A DNA stretch of 59,962 nt from Candidatus Omnitrophota bacterium (lineage in GTDB: Bacteria > Omnitrophota > Gorgyraeia > Tantalellales > Tantalellaceae), in NCBI GenBank assembly GCA_028715965.1, contig JAQUQS010000004.1:1-59962 (forward strand). Direction: 5' to 3'. The notes beneath the pieces were generated by a model. It was not told the origin of the DNA. It saw nothing but the letters and a program-made list of their open reading frames with translations, and ran no database searches. A program made the translations under genes and the position numbers. This document shows positions 19,250 to 28,468 of this stretch, piece by piece. Numbering within the stretch: the first letter of the stretch is position 1; every line of letters begins with the position of its first letter.

Positions 19250-19651
19250 ATGGGGGGAGGCAAGGTGGATAAACCAAAGATACTTTCGGTGGATGATGAA
19301 GCGAATTTCACCGATATGCTTAAACAGTACTTTGAGCCGAGGGGCTACGAGATCGATACGGCGTCTAACGGGGAAACGGGCATCGAAATGCTGAAACTTA
19401 AGAAATATGACGTGGCACTTCTGGACTTCAAGATGGTAGGGCTTAACGGGGACGAAGTTATGGGGTGCATTAAGGATGTTTCTCCCGGTACGACTATAAT
19501 CTTTATCACCGCCTTCAGTGATTCCGGGAAGACCAGGCAGTCCCTTATAGACAAAGGCGCTTACGCGTTCATGGAAAAACCTGTTGCCAGCCTCAAGAAT
19601 CTCGAGGAATTGGTGAACCAGGCCGCTAACACCGTAAGGAGGAGTGAATAA
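19250..19651 (+). CDS. Stand-alone response regulator receiver
   Basis: VDDE, LLDFKM, ITAF, MEKP; no output domain. Confidence 0.92.
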   Translation: MGGGKVDKPKILSVDDEANFTDMLKQYFEPRGYEIDTASNGETGIEMLKLKKYDVALLDFKMVGLNGDEVMGCIKDVSPGTTIIFITAFSDSGKTRQSLIDKGAYAFMEKPVASLKNLEELVNQAANTVRRSE

Positions 19652-20033
19652 TATGCTAAAATTACTTGTTGTCGATGACGAAGTGGACATCTGTGATTTT
19701 GTAAGAAGTTTCTTCAAGGAACGTAATTTTGAGGTATTTGTCGCATACAACGGCAAGAAGGCCATCGAGACCATTGAGAAGGAAAAACCGGATATCGTGC
19801 TTCTCGATATGAATATGCCCGGAATGACCGGACTTGAAGCGCTTCGGGAGCTTCGGCAGCAAGGCAACCAGATAAAAACTATCATGGTGACCGCCGTCGA
19901 CGAGCCGGATAAGATCGAGGAAGCGAAAAAACATGGTGTGGTGGAGTATATAACGAAACCGCTGCTTTTAGAGCAGCTTGAACGTACGGTTTTTACCGTG
20001 GCGGAACAGATAAGGATGGATAGCGCAAAATAA
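19644..20033 (+). CDS. Stand-alone response regulator receiver
   Basis: VDDE, LLDMNMPGMTG, VTAV, ITKP; no output domain. Confidence 0.93.
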   Translation: MNNMLKLLVVDDEVDICDFVRSFFKERNFEVFVAYNGKKAIETIEKEKPDIVLLDMNMPGMTGLEALRELRQQGNQIKTIMVTAVDEPDKIEEAKKHGVVEYITKPLLLEQLERTVFTVAEQIRMDSAK

Positions 20034-20061
20034 CGGTTCGGCTGAAAGGGGAGAGGGAGAA

Positions 20062-21384
20062 ATGGCTTACTCAGATAGCTGGCAGAGGTTGCAGGACTGG
20101 ACGGTCGAGAAGATAAAGAACTGCGACGGGGCCCTTATACCAATGGACAGGGACAGTATAAGGCAGCGGCAGGAACCCGAGCTCGATTACCAGTTCATGC
20201 TTGAGGCGGCGTCGCGTACCATGATACGCTTCAAGAAGCCCGAAAGGCTTATAAGGATGATAGTCCGGGTAATGGATGAGCAGGTGAAGGTAACGCATAC
20301 TGCTATGCTTCTCAGGAAAGACGCATCCGGGCCTTTCACCCTGATAGACAGTAAGGGCGCGGAAGGAGTCAAGATACCGGTCGGGTTCATTAAGCTTACC
20401 GACGAGAATTCGCTTATACGCCTTTTTAACGAACGCCATAATTACAAAATGTCGGAATCCGGGTCGGTTGGGTACAAGGACCTCTTGAATTTCCTTCAGC
20501 GAGACCCGGCGACCAAGTCCGATAGCGACCTGAAATCCATAGTTGAAATGGCCATCAAGCAGATGGAGCTTTTAAAGGCGACTTTATGCGTGCCGGTATA
20601 TTATAAAAAAGACCTTATCGGCGTACTTATATTGGGGAAAAAGCTCTCGAATGTGAAGTTCTCAAGGCAGGAAATAGGGTTCTTTACGACATTGGCCAAC
20701 GACGTAGCGATGGCGCTTTCGAACGCGCAGCTGATACAGGACCTCCAGGATAAAATATTCGAGGTGCATAATCTCTATGAAAGGGAGCATAGCCTGTTCA
20801 TACATACCGCGATATCTCTTGCCGCCGCTATCGACGCCAGGGACCCGTATACACACGGCCATACCGAGCGTGTGACGCAATACGCTCTAAGCATAGCCGA
20901 AGAGCTCCAGGAGCTTCCGGAAGCAGCGGAATACGCTAATTTCAAGGAAACGCTGCATATTTCCGGCCTTTTGCATGATGTCGGGAAGATAGGCGTGCCG
21001 GATGGCATTCTCAATAAAAAGAGCAGCCTTACGGACGACGAGTATGAAAAGCTCAAGGAGCATTCAGTTACGGGAGCGGCTATACTTTATCCGATACGTG
21101 AGCTCGGCGATGTGGCGCGTGAGGTCCGGTGCCATCATGAACGATGGGATGGGAAAGGATACCCTGACGGGTTGAAAGGCGAGGAAATACCGTTCATTTC
21201 GCGTATAATATCCGTCGCGGATACGTTTGACGCGATAACGAGCGACAGGCCGTATAGACAGAAAAAAATGGCGGAAGTAGCCATACAGATCATCAAGGAT
21301 AATTCTGGCAGCCAGTTCGATCCCATAGTGGTAAGCGCTTTTCTGCTGGCGCATCGGAAAGGCAAATTTGGTAACGTGTCATGA
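20062..21384 (+). CDS. GAF + HD-GYP cyclic-dinucleotide phosphodiesterase
   Basis: DPYTHGHTERV, LLHDVGKIG, HHERWDGKGYP, DAITSDRPYR; upstream GAF; no REC domain. Confidence 0.93.
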   Translation: MAYSDSWQRLQDWTVEKIKNCDGALIPMDRDSIRQRQEPELDYQFMLEAASRTMIRFKKPERLIRMIVRVMDEQVKVTHTAMLLRKDASGPFTLIDSKGAEGVKIPVGFIKLTDENSLIRLFNERHNYKMSESGSVGYKDLLNFLQRDPATKSDSDLKSIVEMAIKQMELLKATLCVPVYYKKDLIGVLILGKKLSNVKFSRQEIGFFTTLANDVAMALSNAQLIQDLQDKIFEVHNLYEREHSLFIHTAISLAAAIDARDPYTHGHTERVTQYALSIAEELQELPEAAEYANFKETLHISGLLHDVGKIGVPDGILNKKSSLTDDEYEKLKEHSVTGAAILYPIRELGDVAREVRCHHERWDGKGYPDGLKGEEIPFISRIISVADTFDAITSDRPYRQKKMAEVAIQIIKDNSGSQFDPIVVSAFLLAHRKGKFGNVS

Positions 21385-23000
21385 ACGCATTTGCGTTATC
21401 AGGATTTTTAGCGGGCTTTGCGTGCTTATGCATGGGGTTATTTGTTTTAAGGTACTCCACCAATAAAATCCATTTTACATTTTCCTTACAAGTACTTTCT
21501 ATCTCCATATGGGGTTTTGCATGTGGCTTTGCAGGAATTGCAAAAAATCCAACTAATGCTTTGTTGTGGTGGAAGATCGCGCATATAGTTGCTTTTTTTA
21601 TTATTGCATTTTTACTGCATCATGTTCTATTGGTTAGACAATTGAGTCGTCCGATACTAATATTTGGGGCGTATGTTATTTCGGTTTCTTTGCCAATTGT
21701 CTTCTATCTTAATTTTCATGGTATAACCATGAGATATGTATTCGATAGTTTTTATATTCCTGCCTATACAAATCTCATTTATCCTTCATATTGCATTCTT
21801 TGGTTCGCAATTGGTGTTTATATAACAATTCTTTTAATTGGTATGTACAGGCAAGCCTCTTTACCGGAAAAAACCGTTGCCAGATTATATATTTTTTCAT
21901 ATATTTTGGGGCTATGGGGTGGGGGAGCATATATCTTTCTCATATTTGGCTTAAATATCTATCCGTATGGAAATTATCTATTGCCAGTTATGTGTATTAT
22001 TATGACATATGCGATATTTAAGCACAGGCTATTCGAGATTAATGTTATTATGAAGAAAACGCTTATCTATTCGCTTCTCATAACGGTAATTACGCTTTCA
22101 TATTTTCTTATTGTCTATGCAATGGAACGATTTTTTAGTGTCTATGTTGGTTATCATTCACCGTGGTTGTCCATTTTGATAATTTCATTTATTATTTTGA
22201 TCTTCACGCCATTAAAGAACCGTATACAACATATCATTGATAAATACTTCTTTCGTGGTAGTATTGACCAGATAGATGAGGAGAACCGCCGTTTGGGATC
22301 CGAGCTGGAAAGGTCCGAGAGGTTAAAGTCCTTAGCAACGCTGGCTTCAGGCATGGCCCATGAGATAAAGAACCCGTTAACGTCTATTAAGACGTTCTCG
22401 GAGTTCGTGAAGACACGAGGAATGGATGCCGAGTTTCGGGAAAAATTTCAAAAAATAGTCCCACAGGAAATAGATAAAATAACCAATATCGTGAACCAGC
22501 TCCTTGATTATTCAAAAACGGACCGCACAAGGCTGGCAGAATGCAATATCCATGACATTCTGGATTATGTGCTGGCGCTCCATAATAATGAGCTTATCAA
22601 GCGCGGTATACGCCTTGAGAAGGCATATGAGGCCCGGGACGCCGGTATTACCTGTGACGCTAATAAGCTCAAACAGGCCTTTATAAACCTGGTCTTGAAC
22701 GCGATAGAGGCTATGGGCAGGGATGGGGCCTTGACCGTACAAACTGAAGCGGATGAAAAGGTGTTAACCATTGTAATTAAAGATACCGGCCCGGGGATAT
22801 CTAAAGAAAATTTAGCGCACTTATTTGATCCATTCTTTACGACCAAGGATAATGGTACCGGATTAGGGCTTTTTGTGACTCATCAGATAATTACCGCGAA
22901 TGGTGGCAAGATATCCGTATCCAGTGAAGAGGGGAAAGGAACAGAGTTCAGGGTGGAGTTGATCAAACATGAATGCATTCACGTTTTCAGGATTTACTAG
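21381..23000 (+). CDS. Membrane-sensor histidine kinase HK1
   Basis: Multi-TM N-terminus, AHEIKNPL, NAIEAM, DTGPG, FFTTK; no GAF. Confidence 0.92.
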   Translation: MNAFALSGFLAGFACLCMGLFVLRYSTNKIHFTFSLQVLSISIWGFACGFAGIAKNPTNALLWWKIAHIVAFFIIAFLLHHVLLVRQLSRPILIFGAYVISVSLPIVFYLNFHGITMRYVFDSFYIPAYTNLIYPSYCILWFAIGVYITILLIGMYRQASLPEKTVARLYIFSYILGLWGGGAYIFLIFGLNIYPYGNYLLPVMCIIMTYAIFKHRLFEINVIMKKTLIYSLLITVITLSYFLIVYAMERFFSVYVGYHSPWLSILIISFIILIFTPLKNRIQHIIDKYFFRGSIDQIDEENRRLGSELERSERLKSLATLASGMAHEIKNPLTSIKTFSEFVKTRGMDAEFREKFQKIVPQEIDKITNIVNQLLDYSKTDRTRLAECNIHDILDYVLALHNNELIKRGIRLEKAYEARDAGITCDANKLKQAFINLVLNAIEAMGRDGALTVQTEADEKVLTIVIKDTGPGISKENLAHLFDPFFTTKDNGTGLGLFVTHQIITANGGKISVSSEEGKGTEFRVELIKHECIHVFRIY

Positions 23001-23259
23001 GCACATTGACTTAAAGGTTGTTGGGAGTCCATATACCTTCGAAAAGTATACGCTTAATAGCAGGGGGGCGATATATGGGCGGGCGGCCACAAAAGAACAA
23101 ATAAAGCGCAGGATTTCACCTCAAATATTAGTATTTAAAAATTCAATTTTTGCGGGACATTGGACCACAAGCGGTCTTGGACAAACTGGTATTCCAGTTG
23201 TGGCATTATCTGGAAAAGCCGCTGCCAAGACGATATTGTCCTTAATTGCAGGAGAATGA
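22969..23259 (+). pseudogene. Chimeric remnant: first 9 codons of a sensor kinase fused to the C-terminal ~80 aa of a phytoene-dehydrogenase-family gene
   Basis: First 27 nt are 23/27 identical to the HK1 start; SPYTFEKYTLNSRGAIYG...AGHWT aligns with SPSTIEKFTFNTNGSMCG...AGHWT of 13086-14504. Confidence 0.82.
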
Positions 23260-23260
23260 A

Positions 23261-24853
23261 ATGACCTTATTCGGCGTCTCCGCATTGTTAGCCGGAGTCA
23301 CAAGTTTTTTTATGGGTATCTTTGTCTATTTGAATGGACAAAATGAAAAAGTAAACCGGACTTGGTTGGGAGTGACTTTTAGTGTCACAATTTGGGGTTT
23401 TGGGAGTTTTATAGCTACACACCCTTCTAATATTGGTTTTTCAATGCTTTTTTGGAAGCTGACATACATAGGAGTGATCTATGTCCCGGTATTTTTTTTC
23501 CATTTTGTTTGTGTTTTTTTAAAAATTGATAGAAGTAAGTTTATCAAGTTTTTATACCTTCTCGCGAGTTTTTATTTGGTCTCCTATCTCTTTTTTGATG
23601 ACACATTCTTGGGGGGTATTAATACAATTTTCGAGGGATTGCATTGGTGCGGTTACCCGGGACCAATATTTATTACGTTCTATGTCTCATTTTACTTAGG
23701 GCTTAATCTTTACTCGTTTTATTTGTTATTTAAAAAACTCAAATCGTCTTCGGGTATCGAAAAAACTCAGTTATTTTACCTGATAATAGGATCCGCCATA
23801 GGGTGGATAGGCTCCGAGGGCTGTTTCGCTGGGGTCTGGAATATCCCCATATATCCCTTATCAAATTTTCTTACAGCAATTTATCCCATAATTCTTGGGT
23901 ATGCTATTGTGAGGCACCAACTTCTTGAGATAGATGTTATCATTAAAAAGACCCTCATCTATTCCGTTCTGATAACCATAATTACGTTGCTATATTTCCT
24001 GATGGTTTACGCCATAGAGCGGCTCTCCAGCGTGTATATTGGCTATCATTCGCCTTTACTGTCAGTCGCCATAATTACATTCTTTATTCTCATCTTTACC
24101 CCTCTTAAGAACCGTATCCAGCATATCATCGATAAATATTTCTTCCGAGGCAGCATAGACCAGATTGACGCGGAAAAACGCCTATTGGAATCCGAACTGG
24201 AAAGGTCCGAGAGGTTAAAGTCCTTGGCAACGCTGGCGTCAGGCATGGCCCATGAGATAAAGAACCCGCTTACCAGTATCAAAACGTTCTCAGAGTTCGT
24301 TAAAACGAAAGGCGGAGACCCCGAGTTCAAGGAGAAGTTTGAGAAGATAGTCCCCCAGGAAATAGACAAAATAACCAATATCGTGAACCAGCTCCTGGAC
24401 TACTCAAAGACTGACCGCACAAGACTGACCGAGTGTAATATCCATGACATATTGGACTATGTGCTTGAGCTCCACAATAATGAGCTTATGAGGCGTGGGA
24501 TAAGGCTCCAGAAGGCCTACGGGGCCCAGAACCCGAATATCACCTGTGACGCCAACAAACTCAAACAGGCGTTTATTAATCTGGTATTGAACGCCATAGA
24601 GGCCATGGGGGAGAATGGGGTATTGACGGTAGGGACGGAGGGGGCTGATCATTTGGTTGTTATGGTGAAAGATACCGGTCCGGGGATTTCGCCCGCAAAC
24701 ATTCCACATCTATTTGACCCCTTCTTTACGACAAAGGATAGCGGCACGGGATTAGGGCTGTTCGTTACTCATCAGATAATATCCTCAAATGGCGGGAAGA
24801 TATCAGTATCCAGTGAAGAGGGGAAGGGTACAGAGTTTAAGGTGGAGTTTTGA
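23261..24853 (+). CDS. Membrane-sensor histidine kinase HK2
   Basis: Same architecture as HK1; RBS AGGAG before ATG 23261. Confidence 0.92.
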   Translation: MTLFGVSALLAGVTSFFMGIFVYLNGQNEKVNRTWLGVTFSVTIWGFGSFIATHPSNIGFSMLFWKLTYIGVIYVPVFFFHFVCVFLKIDRSKFIKFLYLLASFYLVSYLFFDDTFLGGINTIFEGLHWCGYPGPIFITFYVSFYLGLNLYSFYLLFKKLKSSSGIEKTQLFYLIIGSAIGWIGSEGCFAGVWNIPIYPLSNFLTAIYPIILGYAIVRHQLLEIDVIIKKTLIYSVLITIITLLYFLMVYAIERLSSVYIGYHSPLLSVAIITFFILIFTPLKNRIQHIIDKYFFRGSIDQIDAEKRLLESELERSERLKSLATLASGMAHEIKNPLTSIKTFSEFVKTKGGDPEFKEKFEKIVPQEIDKITNIVNQLLDYSKTDRTRLTECNIHDILDYVLELHNNELMRRGIRLQKAYGAQNPNITCDANKLKQAFINLVLNAIEAMGENGVLTVGTEGADHLVVMVKDTGPGISPANIPHLFDPFFTTKDSGTGLGLFVTHQIISSNGGKISVSSEEGKGTEFKVEF

Positions 24854-24866
24854 GGGTAAAGGAATA

Positions 24867-26474
24867 ATGAGTGTCTTTCAGTTATCAAATATCATGGTAG
24901 TGGCGACTAACTTTGGTATTGCCATATTTTTTCTTTTTAGCGCAAGAAAGCACTATTTGTTCGCATTATTTACCATGAGTGCTGGTGTTTGGGGAGTTGG
25001 AGCTTATATCTTTTCGTCAGCTTCAATGCAAGGGTATGATCTAGCGTTTTTAGGGTGGAAGATAGCATATATGGGGGCGTTCTTCACGGTAATATTTTTT
25101 TCACATTTTGTGATGAAATACCTGGATATGGGTCGTAAAAAACTTATCTTATATTTATACATATCGGGTTTAATCTTTTCATTTTTTAATTGGTATCAAA
25201 ACTCGCATTATTTCTTGCAAGACTTACGTTTTGTTTTTAATGAGATATATTGGCTCGATGCCATAAAAGCTAATAATTTTTTGTGGTACATATTTTATGT
25301 GAGTTATTACTGGGTTGCCTTGCTTTATGTTTTTTACAAGTTAATAGTTAAGTACTGCGACTCCGAAGGCGCATACAAACAAAAAATCAAATATTTTATA
25401 ATTGCGGCTGGCATTGGTTGGTTGGGGACGGAACCGCTTTTTTTGCCAGCACTTCATGTTGACGCATATCCTTATTCGAACTTCCTTATCGCGATATATC
25501 CATTAATATTTGCATATGCTATTGTTCGGCATCAGGTGATGGATGTCGAAATCATAATTAAGAAGACCCTAATTTATTCTGCTCTAATAACTGTTATTAC
25601 TTTGCTTTACTTTCTTATTGTCTATGCTATGGAACGTATCTTCAGTGTGTATATTGGCTATCACTCTCCATTTTTATCTATTCTGATAATATCATTTATC
25701 ATCCTAATTTTCACGCCTCTCAAGAATCGGCTTCAACATATAGTTGATAAGTACTTCTTCAAGGGAAGCATAGACCAGATAGACGCGGAAAAACGCCTGT
25801 TAGAGTCCGAGCTGGAAAGGACAGAACGCCTCAAGTCCATAGCTACATTGGCTTCAGGCATGGCCCATGAGATAAAGAACCCGCTAACAAGTATAAAAAC
25901 GTTCTCGGAGTTCGTTAAAACGCGCGGTATGGAGCATGACTTTAGAGAGAAGTTCGAAAAGATAGTCCCCCAGGAAATAGACAAAATAACCAATATCGTC
26001 AACCAGCTCCTGGATTATTCCAAGACAGACCGTACAAGGCTGGCCGAATGTAACATTCATGATATTCTGGACTATGTGCTGGAATTACACAATAATGAGC
26101 TTATAAGGCGTAATATAAGGCTTGAGAAGGCCTATGCGGCCCAGAACCCGAACATCACCTGTGACCCCAATAAGCTTAAACAGGCCTTTATAAACCTGGT
26201 CCTGAACGCCATAGAGGCCATGGGGGAGAATGGGGTATTGACGGTAGGGACGGAGGGGGCTGATCATTTGGTTGTTATGGTGAAAGATACCGGTCCGGGG
26301 ATTTCGCCCGCAAACATTCCACATCTATTTGACCCCTTCTTTACGACAAAGGATAGCGGAACGGGGTTAGGGCTTTTTGTGACTCATCAGATAATTGCCG
26401 CGAATGCTGGTAAGATATCCGTAGTTAGTGAGAAGGGGAAGGGTACAGAGTTTAAGGTGGAGTTTGATCTATAA
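24867..26474 (+). CDS. Membrane-sensor histidine kinase HK3
   Basis: Same architecture as HK1/HK2; likely start ATG 24867 (MSVFQLSN). Confidence 0.92.
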   Translation: MSVFQLSNIMVVATNFGIAIFFLFSARKHYLFALFTMSAGVWGVGAYIFSSASMQGYDLAFLGWKIAYMGAFFTVIFFSHFVMKYLDMGRKKLILYLYISGLIFSFFNWYQNSHYFLQDLRFVFNEIYWLDAIKANNFLWYIFYVSYYWVALLYVFYKLIVKYCDSEGAYKQKIKYFIIAAGIGWLGTEPLFLPALHVDAYPYSNFLIAIYPLIFAYAIVRHQVMDVEIIIKKTLIYSALITVITLLYFLIVYAMERIFSVYIGYHSPFLSILIISFIILIFTPLKNRLQHIVDKYFFKGSIDQIDAEKRLLESELERTERLKSIATLASGMAHEIKNPLTSIKTFSEFVKTRGMEHDFREKFEKIVPQEIDKITNIVNQLLDYSKTDRTRLAECNIHDILDYVLELHNNELIRRNIRLEKAYAAQNPNITCDPNKLKQAFINLVLNAIEAMGENGVLTVGTEGADHLVVMVKDTGPGISPANIPHLFDPFFTTKDSGTGLGLFVTHQIIAANAGKISVVSEKGKGTEFKVEFDL

Positions 26475-26476
26475 GG

Positions 26477-28075
26477 CTATATCGTGAGCGTGAACGTTGT
26501 TCCTGTTCCTAAAGTACTTTTTACATCTATTTTTCCGTTATGTTTATCAATTATCCCATGAACTACGCTTAGCCCCAGCCCCGAGCCTTCGTCTTTCCGG
26601 GTGAAGAACGGGTCGAATATGTTCTTTAAGTCTTTTTTGTCTATACCACACCCTGTATCCTCGATGGAGATAGATATTTTACTATCAAAGATACGTGTTC
26701 TCACGGTAAGTGTCCCGCCGGACTTCATGGCGTCAATAGCGTTCAGTAAAAGGTTTAACAGCGCTTGTTTCATCTGGGGGGGATCGATGTTGACCATAGG
26801 TAACGGTGAGAGTTCTTTTATGGCCCTTATATCTTTCTTGATCATTTCATTGTTGAGTAGGGACAGTGTCTCCTCTATCAGGGCGTTCATATCGGTCGGT
26901 ACCGGGACCAGCTCCTTAGGTTTGGAGAATTCCAGTAGTTGTTTGACTATGTTGTTTATCCGTTCAACTTCGGTTATGACGATACCGGAGAATTTATCCC
27001 TGAATTCCGGGTTGTCGCCTTTGACGGGCAGGTATTCGGCGAATGTTTTTATGGCGGTCAGGGGGTTCTTTATCTCATGTGCCATGCCGGCAGCGAGTGT
27101 GGAAACGGCTTTCAATTTCTCGCTTTTTTGGAGCTCCCCCCGCAGGCGGATGTTTTCTTCGTCTATCTGGTCAATAGTGTTATGGAAGTAATATTTATCA
27201 ACTGTCTTTTGTACCTTGATTTTGACTGGTTGCAAAACTATGGTAAAAAGTAAGATTATGGCGATTGTTAAATATGGCGAATGATAACCGTAATAATTTC
27301 GGAATATAAGTTCGATAACGATTATCACGAAGAAGTATAATAATGTAATTATGGTGCCAAGAATGGAATAAACAAGTGTTTTTCGTATGATTATCCTGAG
27401 GTCAATTAATCTATGGGCAAGTATTGCATATGTAAAACAGATCACGTAAAGTATCGCGAATAAATTTAAATAAGGAGGTAATGATACCCGGAAAAAGAGC
27501 AGGTAATTGCTCGAGCCCGAGATATATCCGCATACGATCCCAATAAGCAGGTATCTGATCTGGTTTTTTAATAATTTTGAGGCATGCTTATACGAAGAGA
27601 TCAGGTAATAGGTTGAAAGTATGGCATATGTATAGAAATAAATCAAATATGCGATGTAGGCTAATTCGGGGATGCCCCAATATGGGAAAATCCCGATGGG
27701 ACGCATGCCGCTGATAAAATATTTTGTAAAGATTATAGGCAAGAACAAAATGCTGATGACATAACCAGTTTTTATTAATCGCTTAAGTTCTAATTGTAAA
27801 AAAGTGGTTATGAAGTGGAAAAGTGTTATTGGTATAAATACTGCGCCGCAATGTAATATTCGAAACCAAAGCATAGTTCCGGAATATGTCTCGGCTATTG
27901 GCCAAAAAATGTATCCAAAGCTCCACATGGCAAAAGATAAATTGGCCAATCCACAGCGAATGTTTATTTTTGAGTGGGGATTTCTGAATATAACTAAGAG
28001 GGCAAGAGAAAAGGCGCCCAGGAAATTTATGATGCCACTGATAGAAAATAGAAGTAAGTTGTTGTAAGATTGCAT
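26477..28075 (-). CDS. Membrane-sensor histidine kinase HK4
   Basis: Multi-TM N-terminus, AHEIKNPL, NAIDAM, DTGCG, FFTRK, GSGLGL; convergent with HK3. Confidence 0.92.
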   Translation of the reverse strand: MQSYNNLLLFSISGIINFLGAFSLALLVIFRNPHSKINIRCGLANLSFAMWSFGYIFWPIAETYSGTMLWFRILHCGAVFIPITLFHFITTFLQLELKRLIKTGYVISILFLPIIFTKYFISGMRPIGIFPYWGIPELAYIAYLIYFYTYAILSTYYLISSYKHASKLLKNQIRYLLIGIVCGYISGSSNYLLFFRVSLPPYLNLFAILYVICFTYAILAHRLIDLRIIIRKTLVYSILGTIITLLYFFVIIVIELIFRNYYGYHSPYLTIAIILLFTIVLQPVKIKVQKTVDKYYFHNTIDQIDEENIRLRGELQKSEKLKAVSTLAAGMAHEIKNPLTAIKTFAEYLPVKGDNPEFRDKFSGIVITEVERINNIVKQLLEFSKPKELVPVPTDMNALIEETLSLLNNEMIKKDIRAIKELSPLPMVNIDPPQMKQALLNLLLNAIDAMKSGGTLTVRTRIFDSKISISIEDTGCGIDKKDLKNIFDPFFTRKDEGSGLGLSVVHGIIDKHNGKIDVKSTLGTGTTFTLTI

Positions 28076-28090
28076 ATGGACTTCTATGCT

Positions 28091-28447
28091 TTATATCATT
28101 TTAACCTTTTCTTTTACTTCCTTGCTGTCGAAAGGCTTTGTGATATAGTCTATTGCGCCGAGTTTCACCGAGCGTGCCGCGGTCTCTACGCTCTGGTATC
28201 CGGTAATGATGATAACTTTGATGTCGGGGGATATGGCGCGGATCTCGGCCAGGGTTTCCAGGCCGTTCTTTACCGGCATTTTAAGGTCCAGGAGAAGGCC
28301 GTCGTAATTATTGTTCCTCACTTCCTGCACGGCTTCATCGCCGGACGAGGCGAACCCCAGGATATAATCGTCCCCCAGGATCAGGTCAAGGGCTTCACGT
28401 ATGCCTTTTTCGTCATCGCATATCAGTAAGCGTTTTTTATTATTCAT
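28091..28447 (-). CDS. Stand-alone response regulator receiver
   Basis: CDDE, LLDLKMP, ITGY, ITKP. Confidence 0.92.
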   Translation of the reverse strand: MNNKKRLLICDDEKGIREALDLILGDDYILGFASSGDEAVQEVRNNNYDGLLLDLKMPVKNGLETLAEIRAISPDIKVIIITGYQSVETAARSVKLGAIDYITKPFDSKEVKEKVKMI

Positions 28448-28468
28448 GGAACTCCTCCTTATGCAATC

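Noticed and set aside
21381-26474. Diversity-generating retroelement acting on the kinases
   Set aside because: No reverse transcriptase is present, the variable part is whole N-terminal domains, and differences between cores are not adenine-specific
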